Source of the DNA: Bacteroidota bacterium
GTDB lineage: Bacteria; Bacteroidota; Bacteroidia; AKYH767-A; OLB10
Length of the DNA: 64,000 nucleotides
Reading direction: 5' to 3'
Assembly: GCA_016721435.1 (NCBI GenBank)
Contig: JADKIC010000002.1
Span: forward strand, 193,212-257,211
The position numbers and the translations under genes are program-made. A model generated the notes under the pieces. The model made no database searches. It was not told the DNA's origin and saw only the letters and a program-made list of their open reading frames with translations. Below are positions 49,267 through 59,921 of the stretch, piece by piece. Each line of letters starts with the position of its first letter. Position 1 is the stretch's first letter.

Positions 49267-50619
49267 TTAATACTTTTCTTCAATAACTTTTGCCGATGGA
49301 TTCATCTGCTGTATCATTTGACTGAACCATTTACCTGAGTTCTTTACAATGCGTTGCTGCTTTTCATAGTCGATATAGACCAGGCCAAATCTGGGAAAAT
49401 ATCCTTCCGCCCACTCAAAATTATCGGTAAAGGACCATAGGAAATACCCTTTCACTTTCACCCCTTCATTTTTAGCTTTAAGTACTTGTTCAATGTAAGA
49501 TTTCAAGTACGTGATGCGAGGTAAGTCATCTACTTCTCCATTGATCACCTTGTCGGGAAAGGCTGCACCATTCTCTGTTACAATGATAGCATTTACTTCC
49601 TTATATTGATTGAACTGTTTCAAAATATGGTAAATGCCTTCCGGATAAATTTCCCAGTTCATCATAGTGTGGTTCACACGTCTCGATCGCGGATCAATGG
49701 GTTTCGCTTTCAGATAAGGTGTCATCCATGAATGTTTGATAACCTCTCTGGTGTAGTTCTGAATTCCAATGAAGTCGGGAGAGGCAACGAGTAATGCCTC
49801 ATCATCTTTTTTCAAATACTTTTCAATCCTGTTTAGAAAGGGAAGTTCTTTTACAGGATAACCATATCCCAACAAAGGTTCAATGAACAGACGATTGAGC
49901 AAGGCATCTGCTCTTTCAGCAGCAGCTTTATCTTTTAAACGATCTGAATACGGACTCGTCGGGGAACAGGAAAAGGTGGTACCGGCTTGCAGTTGTGGAT
50001 TGAATTGTTTAATTATTTTGATTCCTGCTGCTTGTGCTAAAGCTGCATGATGTGTTGCCGCTAAGAAATTATCCATACCTCTTCGACCCGGTGCATGAAC
50101 TCCTAGAAAATATCCTGCTCCTGTAAATACGAGTGGTTCATTTAATACCATCCAATGTTGAATTCGATCTCCGAGTTTCGAAAGCATCAAGTGAATATAA
50201 TCACTGAACCATTGCACAATATCTCTGTTCGTCCAGCCACCTTTATCTTCCAGCGCTTGTGGAAGATCCCAGTGATATAATGTAGCCCATGGGGTGATGT
50301 TGTTTTCTAAACATTGGTCGGTAAGACGATCATAGAAATCCAGGCCTTTAGGATTTACAGTCCCCTTTCCCTCCGGAAGAACTCTCGGCCAGGCAATGGA
50401 GAATCGGAAATTCGGAATGTGTAAACTTTTCATCAACCTGAGGTCTTCTGCATACCGGTGATAAAAATCGTTGCTGACTTGTGGTGTATGCCGTCCTGCT
50501 ATTTTATTTCTTCCGGCACTAAACGTATCCCAAATGGAAGCTCCTTTTCCATCTAAAAATGCGGCTCCTTCACTTTGTGGAGCGGAAGTGGCAACACCCC
50601 AGTAGAAGTCTTCTTTCAA
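49267..50619 (-). CDS. GH1 beta-glucosidase
   Basis: FYWGVATSAPQSEG N-terminus. LNEP acid/base motif. ITENG nucleophile motif (VTENGAAF). 450 aa. Confidence 0.9.
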   Translation of the reverse strand: MKEDFYWGVATSAPQSEGAAFLDGKGASIWDTFSAGRNKIAGRHTPQVSNDFYHRYAEDLRLMKSLHIPNFRFSIAWPRVLPEGKGTVNPKGLDFYDRLTDQCLENNITPWATLYHWDLPQALEDKGGWTNRDIVQWFSDYIHLMLSKLGDRIQHWMVLNEPLVFTGAGYFLGVHAPGRRGMDNFLAATHHAALAQAAGIKIIKQFNPQLQAGTTFSCSPTSPYSDRLKDKAAAERADALLNRLFIEPLLGYGYPVKELPFLNRIEKYLKKDDEALLVASPDFIGIQNYTREVIKHSWMTPYLKAKPIDPRSRRVNHTMMNWEIYPEGIYHILKQFNQYKEVNAIIVTENGAAFPDKVINGEVDDLPRITYLKSYIEQVLKAKNEGVKVKGYFLWSFTDNFEWAEGYFPRFGLVYIDYEKQQRIVKNSGKWFSQMIQQMNPSAKVIEEKY

Positions 50620-50638
50620 AACGATGGATAGATGATTT

Positions 50639-51706
50639 TTAGGCTGCGATTTCGTTGGTACGAATCAACTTTCTTAAAAATTTTAGTTGTGATTCGAAGT
50701 CTTCATTGGAAGGTTGTTGTCCGGCATGACGATGAATGATTTTATCAAGAAGTTCTCCTGTCTCATCCGGATAATCAACAGGTACAATGGTTTTTTTATT
50801 GAACCAATCTTCCAGTTTATCCATATGTTTTTCCTTTAAACTTTTCATGACAGTTACACCCATCGATTCCAATGTTGACGCATTACAATGTTGCTCAAAC
50901 TGTGTTTTCATAGGGATCACCAAAAGACGTTTGCCAAGATATAAGGCTTCGGAAGTTGTCCCAAATCCGGCATTGGTGATGACTCCCTCTGATTCAGCCA
51001 TACTTTTTATGAAGCTGTCATTGTGAAGGGGTAGTACCCATGTGTTTTTTACGCGATACGCACTTTTGGCTTTCTTACTAAAAAGTTGAAAGGAAAGCCC
51101 TTTATAATTCATCAGGTTTTTTAATACCCGCTGATCTTCATAAGATGGTAAATAGACCGTAAAGTGTTCTTTGTTTTTTATATCCGCCCGGCGTACTGCA
51201 TTACGTATGATGGGAGTATAGATATCCTGATCATATCGCTTAAAGTGGAATCCATAACTGGCCGTACTGGGTGCATAATGTTCAAGGACCATTTTTCCCA
51301 GCCTGTCTTTTGTTTCCGGCATCGGAGCCAGCGGATGTAATGTTGCCACTTGATTGCTCAACCCGATGCACGTTTTTCTTTTTAACTGACAAGCCCAGGA
51401 AGAGACCGGCTCAAAATCACTAATCACGAGGTCATAGTCTTCAACAGGTAATCTTTTTATTTCGTTGAAGAGTTTCAATGTATCCAGTTTCAGGTAAGTC
51501 CTCAATATATCTACTCCTCCTTTTTTACCAAATACAAATCCCAATCCATGGTAACGGTACTTTACTTCGAATGGTAGAGTCAGTTCCCATTGTGAGGCAC
51601 TGACCAGCACATCCACTTCAGCGCGCTTCTTTAATAAGGGAAGTATCTCCAGCGCCCTGCTGATATGGCCATTGCCTGTTCCCTGAATGGCGTAAAGTAC
51701 TTTCAT
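50639..51706 (-). CDS. GT-B fold glycosyltransferase (MurG/GT28-like, MJ1255-type)
   Basis: N-terminal GTGNGHISRA glycine-rich motif and C-terminal ITNAGFGTTSEALYLGKRLLVIP donor-binding region. Confidence 0.55.
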   Translation of the reverse strand: MKVLYAIQGTGNGHISRALEILPLLKKRAEVDVLVSASQWELTLPFEVKYRYHGLGFVFGKKGGVDILRTYLKLDTLKLFNEIKRLPVEDYDLVISDFEPVSSWACQLKRKTCIGLSNQVATLHPLAPMPETKDRLGKMVLEHYAPSTASYGFHFKRYDQDIYTPIIRNAVRRADIKNKEHFTVYLPSYEDQRVLKNLMNYKGLSFQLFSKKAKSAYRVKNTWVLPLHNDSFIKSMAESEGVITNAGFGTTSEALYLGKRLLVIPMKTQFEQHCNASTLESMGVTVMKSLKEKHMDKLEDWFNKKTIVPVDYPDETGELLDKIIHRHAGQQPSNEDFESQLKFLRKLIRTNEIAA

Positions 51707-52659
51707 CGTTTTGTGGTAATGGTTATGGCTTTCTCTGAGTAAATTTCTTCTAAGAGGATATTGAAAAGTTGCTTGTTGTTAAGGAGTACAAAATCGGTGG
51801 TGGATGATTCTTCGACTGTCGATTCGTGATTTTTATTTAACGGATGATGGTATAAATTCCATGTTCCTTCGTTGTATTCTAAGGAAGTTAAATTTTCTAT
51901 CCAATCTCCGGAATTCAGGTACTGCACGGTTCCTTCTGCATTGCTGATTTCCTTTATTTCCGGTTGATGGATATGTCCACAGATAACATAATCGTACTTG
52001 TTCCGGATGGCAATTTCAGCACATACTTTTTCAAAGTTGTTGATGTATTTCACTGCACTCTTTACACCGTTCTTGATTTTTTTGGAAAGTGAGATTTTTC
52101 CTTTTCCCATTTTTTCCATGAAGTAATTTACTGTGGCATTAATTAAAATAAGCAGATCATATCCTATCGCTCCAAGTTTGGTCAGCCATTTTGCATTCTG
52201 CATGGTGATATCAAAAACATCTCCATGAAATATCCAGGCTTGTTTACCATCCAGTTCCAATAGCATCTTATTGCTTATTCTCAGGTTGCCTAAATGAAAT
52301 CCCGAAAATTTGCGCAGTAATTCATCATGGTTTCCCGTGATATAATGTACAGGAACGCCTTTGGAAGCAAGACTGATGATTTCCTTCACGACCTGCATAT
52401 GTGATTTCGGAAAATAGTTTTTACTGAACTGCCACATGTCTACGATGTCTCCGTTCAAAATGAGCATACCGGGATTTATGGATCGCAAATAGGAGGAAAG
52501 TTCTGCGGCATGGCAACCATAGGTGCCTAAATGAATATCCGATATAACTACAACTTCTACGGGTCTGCGCGATTCAGCTATCTGGCCGTTGATCTTCAAA
52601 AATAGGAGGGGTTTTGAAGGTGGCTGTTGGCCATGTACAGATGATTCATTCTTAACCAA
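51703..52659 (-). CDS. Calcineurin-like metallophosphoesterase (LpxH-like)
   Basis: VVISDIHLG ... LNGDIVD ... ITGNHDE ... GHIHQP metallophosphatase motifs. Confidence 0.7.
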   Translation of the reverse strand: MVKNESSVHGQQPPSKPLLFLKINGQIAESRRPVEVVVISDIHLGTYGCHAAELSSYLRSINPGMLILNGDIVDMWQFSKNYFPKSHMQVVKEIISLASKGVPVHYITGNHDELLRKFSGFHLGNLRISNKMLLELDGKQAWIFHGDVFDITMQNAKWLTKLGAIGYDLLILINATVNYFMEKMGKGKISLSKKIKNGVKSAVKYINNFEKVCAEIAIRNKYDYVICGHIHQPEIKEISNAEGTVQYLNSGDWIENLTSLEYNEGTWNLYHHPLNKNHESTVEESSTTDFVLLNNKQLFNILLEEIYSEKAITITTKR

Positions 52660-52846
52660 AGCAATCGAAACCGATAAATGGCGAGTTGTTCGATCAACGC
52701 TTGAATCAAAGGTTTTACTCGTACAGGGTGGACCTTGTTTTTCACGTTACAATTTTACATCCGTAACGTTAGTTTAATATTGCGGGAATATTACCATTTC
52801 TTTAAGAAGCTCATCACATAGTCATTTCCGACTAAACTACCCTGTA

Positions 52847-52905
52847 TAACGGTAATGGGATACCTAATTAACGGTAATGGCATACCTAATTAACGGTAAT
52901 GAATA
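52847..52905. repeat. 2.7 copies of the 22-bp tandem unit TAACGGTAATGG(G/C)ATACCTAAT
   Basis: Read directly. Confidence 0.8.
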
Positions 52906-53037
52906 TCCGTGGAAGCCTATTCAAATACAAATTGAAAGAGGATCCGGATCTGCACAAGATGATAGTGATGGCCATTAAAATTCGTTTAAGAAATAAAACT
53001 ATGCCCGTTTAATGAAAACAACCTGGTGAAAATATGA

Positions 53038-53230
53038 GTACCCTTCACCCATTCGTACCCTTCGTACCCTTCACCCATTCGTACCCCTCGTACCCTTCAC
53101 ACATTCGTACCCTTCGTAAATTCGTACCCTTCGTACATTCGTACATTCGCCTATTTCGCGAATTCGTCCATATGTAATTCGTATATTCGTATTCTCGCCC
53201 GGCGGGCGAGATCTATTCGTAAATTCGTAA
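53038..53230. repeat. Degenerate tandem array of TTCGTAC / CCCTTCGTA units (about 20 copies). Includes the 19-bp perfect palindrome TCTCGCCCGGCGGGCGAGA at 53194-53212.
   Basis: gtacccttcacccattcgtacccttcgtacccttcacccattcgtacccctcgtaccc...attcgtaaattcgtaacc read directly. Reverse-complement relation to 5607-5655. Confidence 0.8.
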
Positions 53231-53241
53231 CCGCTGCTCTT

Positions 53242-54060
53242 TTACTGAACGATAAACCAGGGATTCAACAATTCACTTTTATTATATACCACGGCAGATT
53301 GATCGTTAGCATTGATGACTGAATAACCTGCACTGAGTGCGATCGCCTGTCCTGCCGCCGTATCCCATTCCATAGTAGGTGCAAAGCGGGGATAGACATC
53401 TGCAGCCCCTTCTGCTACAAGGCAAAGTTTAAGGGAACTTCCTTTTGATATCATTTCAAGGTTGGTGTGCTTTTTCCGGAGTTCGTTTATAAAAGCCGCT
53501 GTTTCATCGCTCATATGTGAACGACTGGCTACTACTGTAAAGGGGCGGTCTGTATTTTTTATCGGCAAACGATGACCCGCTGAAATCAGACGATCAGCAA
53601 TATGCTCCGACTGTATAATATGACTCAGGTATTCATAATCGGCTTCCGCTTTGTAGCTGCCACTTCCCTCGCAACCAAAATAGATGGTATCAATCACAGG
53701 AGCATAAATTACTCCCAAAAGTGGTACTCCATTCACAATAAGCGCAATGTTTACGGTGAACTCGCCATTTCTTTTGATAAATTCCTTAGTACCATCCAAC
53801 GGATCGATCAGCCAGAAAATTTTCCATTTATGGCGTTCCTCAAAGGGAATACTTTTTCCCTCCTCACTCAATAAGGGCAATCCGGACTCCGTCAATAATT
53901 CTACAATCTTATTATGCGATCGCTTATCCGCTTCAGTTAACGGACTTTTATCATCCTTTAATTCTACTTCAAATTCGCGTTTATAAACGTCCTTGATTTC
54001 CTTTCCGGCAAGTACAGCTGCTTTTAATGCAAGCGATAAAAGTTGATTATAATTTTCCAT
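53242..54060 (-). CDS. cysQ: 3'(2'),5'-bisphosphate nucleotidase (PAP phosphatase, inositol-monophosphatase fold)
   Basis: WLIDPLDGTKEF and the VVYNKSEL C-terminal region typical of CysQ. Adjacent to cysN/cysD/cysC. Confidence 0.8.
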   Translation of the reverse strand: MENYNQLLSLALKAAVLAGKEIKDVYKREFEVELKDDKSPLTEADKRSHNKIVELLTESGLPLLSEEGKSIPFEERHKWKIFWLIDPLDGTKEFIKRNGEFTVNIALIVNGVPLLGVIYAPVIDTIYFGCEGSGSYKAEADYEYLSHIIQSEHIADRLISAGHRLPIKNTDRPFTVVASRSHMSDETAAFINELRKKHTNLEMISKGSSLKLCLVAEGAADVYPRFAPTMEWDTAAGQAIALSAGYSVINANDQSAVVYNKSELLNPWFIVQ

Positions 54061-54102
54061 AACAATAGTTGTTTTGAAGCAAAAGCCTCGAATAGTCAGG
54101 TA

Positions 54103-55377
54103 TTATACGATCATACCCGCGCCAACGGTTTCATTTGTGGCTTCATCAATGAAAATAATACTGCCTGTATGTCTGTTTTTCCGATAGGAATCAAAGAATA
54201 TCGGAGCCGTCGTTTTTATCTGAATTCTTGCAATGTCATTCATTACAATTTCCTTGTCTTCTTCATCACGATGCAAGGTGTTGATATCAATTTTATAACG
54301 AATGTCTTTAATGATACAACGGGTGTCTTTAGAAGTATGGCGAATGCCGTATTTACCGCCCACCTGTATTTTATCAGGATGTAACCAGCAGACCATCACA
54401 TCAAACTCTTGAGCAATATTTGGAACGTTGTTTTCACGGACAATCATATCACCTCTGCTGATATCTACTTCTTTGTCCAGTGTCATGGTTACGGACATAG
54501 GTGCATAAGCTTCTTCATATTTATCCCCAAAAAGTTCAATGGTTTTGATAACAGCCGACTCCCCTTTAGGTAGAATTTTTACTTTATCACCGGGCTTAAA
54601 GATGCCACTCATGATCCTTCCGGCATAACCTCTGAAGTCATGGTGTTCGGTTTGCTGTGGTCTTACAACATATTGTACCGGAAAACGGCAATCAATATGG
54701 TTCTCATCGCTGCTGATGTGTAAATTTTCGAGCAGATACATCAATGTCGGACCCTGGTACCAGGACATGTTCGATGATTTATCCACCACGTTATCGCCTT
54801 TCAATGCACTAATGGGAAGGAAGTGGACATCTTTAATATCAAGTTTAGAGGAGAGATGTCGAAACTGATCGACGACTTTATCAAAACTCTTTTCGTTAAA
54901 TTCTACCAGATCCATTTTATTTACACAAATAATCAAGTGAGGAATCTGCAGTAAAGAAGCGATAAAGGAATGCCGTATAGTTTGCTCTAAGACACCTTTT
55001 CGGGCATCTACAAGAATGAGTGCAGCGTTGGCGGTAGAAGCACCGGTAACCATATTACGTGTATATTGAATATGTCCGGGTGTATCTGCAATAATAAATT
55101 TTCGCTTGGGAGTTGCAAAGTAGCGGTAGGCCACATCGATAGTAATGCCCTGCTCGCGTTCCGCTTTCAGACCATCCACCAGCAAACTTAGATCTACGTG
55201 CTCAAACCCTCGCTGCTGACTGCGTTGTTCAATGGCTTCCAGCTGATCTTCAAAAATTTGCTTGGAGTCAAAAAGTAACCGGCCAATTAATGTACTTTTT
55301 CCATCATCTACACTTCCTGCTGTCGTAAACCGAAGCAGTTCCATGTTCATATATCCTTCTGTGCTAAAATCACTCAT
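54103..55377 (-). CDS. cysN: Sulfate adenylyltransferase subunit 1 (GTPase)
   Basis: GSVDDGKSTLIGRLL G1 motif. DTPGH. NKMD. Domain order of CysN. Confidence 0.9.
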   Translation of the reverse strand: MSDFSTEGYMNMELLRFTTAGSVDDGKSTLIGRLLFDSKQIFEDQLEAIEQRSQQRGFEHVDLSLLVDGLKAEREQGITIDVAYRYFATPKRKFIIADTPGHIQYTRNMVTGASTANAALILVDARKGVLEQTIRHSFIASLLQIPHLIICVNKMDLVEFNEKSFDKVVDQFRHLSSKLDIKDVHFLPISALKGDNVVDKSSNMSWYQGPTLMYLLENLHISSDENHIDCRFPVQYVVRPQQTEHHDFRGYAGRIMSGIFKPGDKVKILPKGESAVIKTIELFGDKYEEAYAPMSVTMTLDKEVDISRGDMIVRENNVPNIAQEFDVMVCWLHPDKIQVGGKYGIRHTSKDTRCIIKDIRYKIDINTLHRDEEDKEIVMNDIARIQIKTTAPIFFDSYRKNRHTGSIIFIDEATNETVGAGMIV

Positions 55378-55434
55378 GTTCTGTTTTTCTGTCTAAATTC
55401 GTGTATACTATTATTTTCTTTAATTGGCTAACTG

Positions 55435-56335
55435 TTAAAAATAACCGGCTTTTTTACGATCTTCCATTGCCGTTTCACTCCGTTTATCGTCAGCTCTTGT
55501 TCCTCTTTCAGTGGTTTTGCTGGCGGCGACCTCGTCAATGATTTCGGAGAGACTTGATGCAGGTGATAATACGGCTCCTGTGCAGGTCATGTCTCCTATG
55601 GTTCTGAAGCGAACGGTCATTTCTTCAATCGTTTCGTTATCGCGTACCGTTATAAAGTCAGACATAGCGAGTAGCATACCTCCTCTGTCAACAACATTTC
55701 TTCTATGCGAAAAATAGAGATTAGGAATGGCAATATCTTCCAGAGCGATGTACATCCATACGTCCATTTCGGTCCAGTTACTCAGCGGGAAAATGCGAAA
55801 GTGTTCGCCCATTTGTTTTTTACCATTGAGCAGCATCCAAAGTTCAGGACGTTGATTTTTCGGATCCCACTGACCAAATTCATCCCGATGAGAAAAGAAA
55901 CGTTCCTTCGCTCTTGCTTTTTCCTCATCTCTTCGTGCTCCGCCCATGGCTGCATCCACTTTTAATTCTTCCAGTGCATCCAGTAAGGTGACAGTCTGTA
56001 GCATATTCCGGCTGGCATTGGGTCCTTTTCTTTAGCACGTCCTCGTTGATCGAGTCCTGTACATTTCGAACGATGAGTGTTGCGCCAATTTTCGCAACAA
56101 GTTCATCCCGGAAACTAATGGTTTCAGGAAAATTATGTCCGGTATCAATGTGAAGCAATGGAAACGGAATACGGGCAGGGTAAAAGGCTTTGCGGGCCAG
56201 ATGAGTCATGACAATAGAGTCCTTCCCTCCGGAAAATAACATCGCCGGGCGCTCAAATTGTGATGCGGCTTCCCGTATGATATAGATGGCTTCTGCTTCC
56301 AGTTCACGCAGATGGTTTAAATGATAGAGAATCAT
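55435..56335 (-). CDS. cysD: Sulfate adenylyltransferase subunit 2 (PAPS-reductase-fold). Apparent frameshift near 55925-56004.
   Basis: [21 protein letters not shown]-loop in ORF 55925-56335. The C-terminal half lies in ORF 55435-56004. Confidence 0.85.
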
Positions 56336-56338
56336 TTT

Positions 56339-56937
56339 TTATATTGATTTAATTCTGTTTAACGTAAAGTTGAGTATTTGGTTCGTGCAGGTTTCCAGGT
56401 CATCCTTATCGGTATGTACTGTTATTTCTGCATGTTCCGGGGCTTCGAAGGGAGAGGAGATGCCGGTGAAGTCCGGAATTTCTCCGCGGCGTGCTTTGCA
56501 TAGAGACCTTTCACATCTCTTTGTTCACATACTTCCAAAGGACAATCCACAAAAATTTCCGTAAACTCTCCTTCAGGAAGCAGTTGTCGTACCCTGTCGC
56601 GATCCTCCTTAAAAGGGGAAATAAAGGCCGTCAAAACAATGATACCGGCGTCAATGAATAATCGGGCTACTTCGCCGATGCGACGGATGTTTTCTTTCCG
56701 TCCTTCTTCACTGAAATCGATATTGCTGTTCAATCCATGACGAATATTATCTCCGTCCAATAAATAAGTTTTGTAACCTTTTACGTGCAATTCCTGTTCA
56801 ACACGGTCGGCCAATGTAGATTTTCCGGAACCACTAAGTCCGGTGAACCACAATAGCAAGGGCTTTTGTTGTAACAACGTTTGCCTGTCATCACGTGTGA
56901 TTTTATACTGCTGACGAACGATATGACTGCTTTTCAT
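56339..56937 (-). CDS. cysC: Adenylyl-sulfate (APS) kinase. C-terminus restored across an A3-to-A4 homopolymer deletion near 56470.
   Basis: LLWFTGLSGSGKSTLA P-loop. Corrected tail ...[56 protein letters not shown]. Confidence 0.85.
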
Positions 56938-56947
56938 GATATTTTAT

Positions 56948-58727
56948 TCATATAAGGTTATACCATGAAGCGATCCCGAAGATGGTACAGGCCATGTAAA
57001 TGAAGGTAGGTATTATTCCAAATTTAATATAGTCAATAAATTTATAACCGCCGGGTCCAAATACCATCAAATTGGTTTGATAACCGAATGGAGTAATAAA
57101 ATCGGCTGAACTGGCAAACGCAATCGTCAGAAGAAAGGGATTGAAATCCTGAATCCCTAATTGCTGACCGGTGGCAAGTGCAATCGGAAAGGTGATCGCA
57201 ACTGCTGCAGCGTTGGTAACAAACATGGTCAGAATATTTGTAATCAGATAGAGTCCAAGTAAGATGCCCATTGTCGGATGCAATGTTGCCGTTAAGTTGA
57301 TTACTTTATTGGCAAAAAGCTGATCAGCGCCCGAGTTAGAAATGGCTTTGCCAACTCCAATGGCCAGGGCAAGCATGACCATCAATTCAAGGTCAAGTGA
57401 TTTTTTTACATCCTCAACAGTAAGCGAGCCGATGATAGCTAAACCGCCGGTGATAAGGAAGAGTGACATAAACAAACTCACCATGTTGGTTGCTTCAAGA
57501 ATAAAAGCACCTAGAATAGCCAGCAACAACCATTTGATGATACTCTTGTGAGCATGATTGATTTCCTTCTTTTGAGACCAGGATAAGATCCCGATTTTGC
57601 TCTGATCGTCTTCTGAATTGCTTACCCGCTACTACCAATAAGAGGTCGCCGTTCCTTAATTCAATTTCACCAACTTTTCCACTGATCTTTTCTCCATCAC
57701 GGTTTACAGCAATAATACCGGCGTCAAAAGTTTCACGAAAATTGGTTTTGTTGATGGGTTTATTAATCAAGGATGAATTGGGTGCTACGATGACTTCAAT
57801 AATCTCCACTTTGCCATCCATCGGATATTCTGAATAATCGGCATGGATTAATTCCGTTTGATTATTCAACAAATCAATGACAGTATCCGTTTCACCTGCA
57901 AAAATTAAAACATCATCGGTTTGAATGATCTCCTTGGGGGAGACCGGTGCTATGGTTTTCTGACCCCTGATGATTTCTACAACATAGAGTCCACGCAGTT
58001 GACGAAGTTTATTGTCATCGAGCGATTTTCCCACATAGGTAGAGGTAGAGGGAACTTTGGTTTCAATCAAATATTCTCTAACGTGTTCTTTGAATTCTGT
58101 GAGGGCATCAGTGCGGTTGGTTAGAAATTTATTACTGAAAAATGTAATGTACAACACCAGAATGATCATTATGGGCAATCCAATTGGTGTGAATGAAAAC
58201 ATATTTAATGGTTGTAGCCCTGCATCCGTAGCGAGTCCACTTACAACTAAATTAGTGGAGGTGCCAATCAAAGTCACCGTCCCTCCAATGATCGCCGCCA
58301 TGGAAAGGGGCATGAGCACTTTAGAAGGACTGATTTTTTTTCGCTTTGCCCATTCATACACATAAGGGATCATCAATGCGACAAGCGGTATGTTGTTAAC
58401 AAAGGCGGATAGACTGGCTACTGAAGTGCTCATTCTGAAAAGAAAGGCCCGATAGGATAAACCGGGTTTGAATAAGCGGTAGATAGAATAATCCAATGCG
58501 GCAGATCGTTTAATGACATCGCTGATAATCAATAAAAGAAAAATGACAGCAATCTGTTCATTCGCGAAACCACTCAATGCCTCCTTTGGGTTTATGATAT
58601 GAGTGGCCATTAAAACCGTAATTGCAAGAACAAATACCATCACCGGTTTCACAACTTCCTTATAAAGTGCTACTACCATGCCCAGAATGACCAGGCTGAC
58701 AATTAGTATTTGCGCATTTTCAAACAT
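56948..58727 (-). CDS. SLC13/DASS-family anion (sulfate) symporter with central TrkA_C (RCK_C) domains. Apparent frameshift near 57495-57530.
   Basis: Two ORFs (57495-58727 and 56948-57529). Membrane repeats flank two cytoplasmic domains (...VEIIRGQKTIAPVSP..., ...VEIIEVIVAPNSSLINKPI...). First gene of the cys operon. Confidence 0.7.
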
Positions 58728-59261
58728 GAGTAGAACAGTTGGAAAAATAAGTGAACAATTTGAAACGAAGCAATCGGCTTGTCGTATTTTGCTTTAACAG
58801 AGAGGCTTTCAAAACGGTCATTAGACCGGTTAGGTGTGGATAGTTTCTGAAAAGTTGAATTTTATACGGACGCAGTGGCCATGCAAAACATACGGCTCTT
58901 GAACGATCTGTTTTTACATCACCCTCATTTCTAGTATAAAAGGAAGTGCTAAAATAAAAACGGTTGCATTCACGCCTGGAAGTGAAATTATCATCACGTG
59001 AAAGAGAACCGGCTGAATTTAATCCACCGACAACCAGGTATAGTAAACAGGAATTCATATTGAATAAATATGCCTTTAATACGCACCCTGCTTTGTTTTG
59101 GTTTGGAAAAGAAGAGCGTGTATGGCGATGCGAAGTTAATGATGTATTACCTGTTTAAAGTAAAATAACATAGTCTTTCCTTTCGTTTAAAGTGTAATTT
59201 GACCTGTTCAGAGGTAAAAATGAACAGTATTAATGCTGTTTTTACCGGAAGGATCTAATAT

Positions 59262-59921
59262 TTGAATAATTTAGACAAGATAATGGACGAGGAGTGTATT
59301 TCAGTTTCAGAAATGATTAAATCAAAAATCCTTAATTCGCTGGATGGCTGTAAACGCCTGGTTTTGTTTTATAATATATTTGTAATCAGTATTTTAATGT
59401 CGTTTCAGGCCTATTCACAACCGGTTACTCAGTATTTTATCCAGAATTCTACCATTCGCTTCGTGTCGAATGCCAGTTTGGAACGAATTGAAGCGGTATC
59501 TACTGACCTGAGAGGGATTATTGATATTTCTTCTAATTCATTCGCTTTCAGTGTCAATAATACTTCATTTAGAGGCTTTAACAGTCAGCTGCAGGAAGAG
59601 CATTTTAATGAAAATTACCTGGAGTCCGGAAAATATCCGAAATGTACATTTAGCGGGAAAATCATAGATAATATAGATTTTAGCAAGGATGGGACCTATA
59701 TAATCAGGGCTAAGGGAATTTTGAATATCAAAGGGATCGGCCAGGAACGGATAATCAAAAGTTCCATTGCCATAAAAGGAAAAGAAGTCTTTATATCCTG
59801 TGAATTTTTAATTCTATTGGCTGATCATGAAATCCGTATACCACGTATAGTGCAGCAAAAAATTGCTCCTGAAATCGAAGTCAGCATTCAGGCGAAATTG
59901 TTTGGAGGGGAAAAGCAATGA
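59262..59921 (+). CDS. Secreted YceI-like domain protein (tentative)
   Basis: Signal-like segment. Beta-rich domain with FVSNASLERIEAVSTDLRGIIDISSNSFAFSV resembling YceI-family proteins. Weak. Confidence 0.35.
   Translation: MNNLDKIMDEECISVSEMIKSKILNSLDGCKRLVLFYNIFVISILMSFQAYSQPVTQYFIQNSTIRFVSNASLERIEAVSTDLRGIIDISSNSFAFSVNNTSFRGFNSQLQEEHFNENYLESGKYPKCTFSGKIIDNIDFSKDGTYIIRAKGILNIKGIGQERIIKSSIAIKGKEVFISCEFLILLADHEIRIPRIVQQKIAPEIEVSIQAKLFGGEKQ

Noticed and set aside
58728-59000. SAM-I (S-box) riboswitch upstream of the sulfate/cys operon
   Set aside because: Only a TCAAGAG-like fragment and a GGCC are present. The remaining conserved S-box elements could not be found by eye, so it is not called.
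58720-59158. ORFs 58720-59058 (-) and 58964-59158 (+) in the cys-operon upstream region
   Set aside because: Low-complexity, no start context, overlap each other antisense. Treated as non-coding leader or intergenic.
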